Made by a program: the position numbers and the translations under genes. Of a stretch of DNA of 34,008 nucleotides, positions 32,206 through 34,008 are shown piece after piece. The notes below the pieces were generated by a model. That model made no database searches. It saw only the letters and a list, made by a program, of their open reading frames with translations, and was not told where the DNA came from. Within the stretch, counting starts at the first letter, position 1; each line of letters opens with the position of its first letter. The stretch spans positions 34,605,813-34,639,820 of the forward strand of contig NC_068999.1 in NCBI RefSeq assembly GCF_001194135.2. The letters are read 5' to 3'. This DNA comes from Octopus bimaculoides. Taxonomy: Eukaryota.

Positions 32206-32874
32206 ATTGTATATATATATATATATATATATATACATAGTGCAATTTAAGACATGACTATAATCAATGTTTTCATCAATGTCTGCAAAACTTTTAAAAT
32301 TGTAGCCTATACGTTGTTGAAGCAATTGTAAACAAGAAAATGCAATACCAGCTACTCAACTCTGTGTGTGTGTGTGAGAGAGAGAGTGCACGCGCGCGCG
32401 TGTGTGAATGAAATAATTTTAGCATTTCCAACTTTTTCAGCAGCGTATATTTTCGAAGAAATCTTTGGAAAAGTATCTTGAGTGGATCGCATGCAACGTG
32501 ATTTTAGGGGGACTGTCGAGACAACATCACTACCTGCTGTTAAGTTAGGCTAGAAAGCCATCTCCTAGAAACATATATTCATAGAAACATAAGCACATAT
32601 GCATTCATAGATACGTACATACGTACACGTTCACAAAAGAGAATAAACGGAGTTCGTGTAATCAAATTGCAATTTCCATATATACGCATCAACTTGAAGA
32701 ATCCACGGTCCACTTCGATACTCAGTACTACAAATTGAGTGTAGATTTAATCGTTTGCCAAATGTAACACGTGTTTCTACCTTAAAAGCGTCATCAGTTC
32801 ATGAAAATGCAGTTGTTCTCTTGTCTCTTGACAATCAAACTGTATTTCGTATTTTTATTAGAATGATATTGGCA

Positions 32875-32950
32875 GTAACCATGAACAAGTGTCTTCTACT
32901 GTTTCTCCGGGCCGACCAATTGCCTTGTTAGTAAATATGATAGGCGGAAG
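32875..32950 (+). mobile_element. SINE family 1 fragment
   Basis: CAAGTGTCTTCTACT..CCGGGCCGACCAA..GCCTTGT. Confidence 0.6.
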
Positions 32951-33096
32951 GTATATGAAAGTCCACCATATATTTATATATATATATATATATTTTTTTT
33001 TTTATGTGTGTGTGCATGTGCTCATATGTGTATATAGGTTTGCGTGCATGCTTATGTGTGTCTTTGTTGTTAATCCAATGAGCACATACCTGTTGT

Positions 33097-33143
<47 letters not shown>

Positions 33144-33424
33144 TCGTAAGGATATAAGCAAAGAAACATGTACCTTTACGCACACATTGAGGCCTACACA
33201 CACAAACACATGCACGCACACGCATATATGCATGCATAGATACACATATGTGAATACGCAAAAAAAAAAAAACATGCGTGCATATGTGTATGCATATATT
33301 ATGTATGGCTATACATCAGCCCAAACCAATTGCGTACCAAGTGAGTACAGATGCCTATGCATCGTTGCATGCATGCTTAACTAAGGAATTAATTGGATAT
33401 TTATTAATTAGTATCTGAAATCCT

Positions 33425-33426
<2 letters not shown>

Positions 33427-33492
<66 letters not shown>
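33427..33492. repeat. (TA)n microsatellite
   Basis: Direct reading. Confidence 0.98.
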
Positions 33493-33494
<2 letters not shown>

Positions 33495-33685
33495 GAGAAT
33501 ATACAAATAATAACAACAGACGAGGACAGGTGGTGTAAATAACAAAAGTATATATTAGTATGACGCTCGGGAATACGGAAAGTCTTTGACGTTTCGAGCT
33601 ACGCTCTTCAACAGAAAGAATACGGAGACAAGGAGAAAAACACGGAGAAAAAAAATTGAATAGTGTTCAGTCAACGGTCAATCAT
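33493..33685 (-). mobile_element. Short PLE-terminus-like element (family A, copy 2) flanked by (TA)n on both sides
   Basis: Colinear with 58-275. Confidence 0.72.
33583..33619 (-). ncRNA. Minimal type I hammerhead ribozyme-like motif (family A)
   Basis: Minus strand TCTTT-CTGTTGA-A-GAGC GTA GCTC-GAAAC-GTC-AAAGA: perfect 5-bp stem I, 4-bp stem II, palindromic ACGT stem III, GUC triplet. U at core position 6. Confidence 0.68.
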
Positions 33686-33966
33686 AATATATATATATAT
33701 ATATATATACAGTGTTTTGACAGCATATGGCGTATATACACGTATATTATAATGCAACATCTATATACAAATACAAAATTAATATACATGCTGGAAAACT
33801 GGAGAAATATCAATAATGATTTAAATACAAGTATACACATACAGTTATATGTATGTGAACGTGTGCTTATTAATGGCTATCATCCAAATTGGCATTAATT
33901 AAATATTATTAATTATAATTGAATCGTTGAGTACCTTAGTATAAAGTACTCAGCAGCATGAGACAC

Positions 33967-34008
<42 letters not shown>

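Overview
AT-rich, microsatellite-saturated eukaryotic DNA from a gappy draft assembly (7 N-gaps). The repeat content points to a cephalopod, most likely Octopus; this is an inference from recalled SINE families, with no database search. No complete or nameable protein-coding gene is present, and nearly all long ORFs in the track are translations of microsatellites or N-runs. The window contains: (i) at least three tRNA-headed SINE families in about 25 copies, including head-to-tail arrays; (ii) two decayed Tc1/mariner transposons with recognisable TIRs (maT/DD37D-like and rosa/DD41D-like); (iii) non-LTR fragments (CR1-group RT, RTE RT); (iv) two different Penelope-like element (PLE) remnants. 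The best find is a set of minimal type I hammerhead-ribozyme folds from three unrelated sequence families. They lie in PLE-terminus-like modules, mostly abutting (TA)n tracts, some with non-canonical cores and inverted arrangements. Also notable is a CR1-group LINE whose 3' end matches the 3' tail of the commonest SINE. A few unique islands look like orphan exons but cannot be assigned to a gene.
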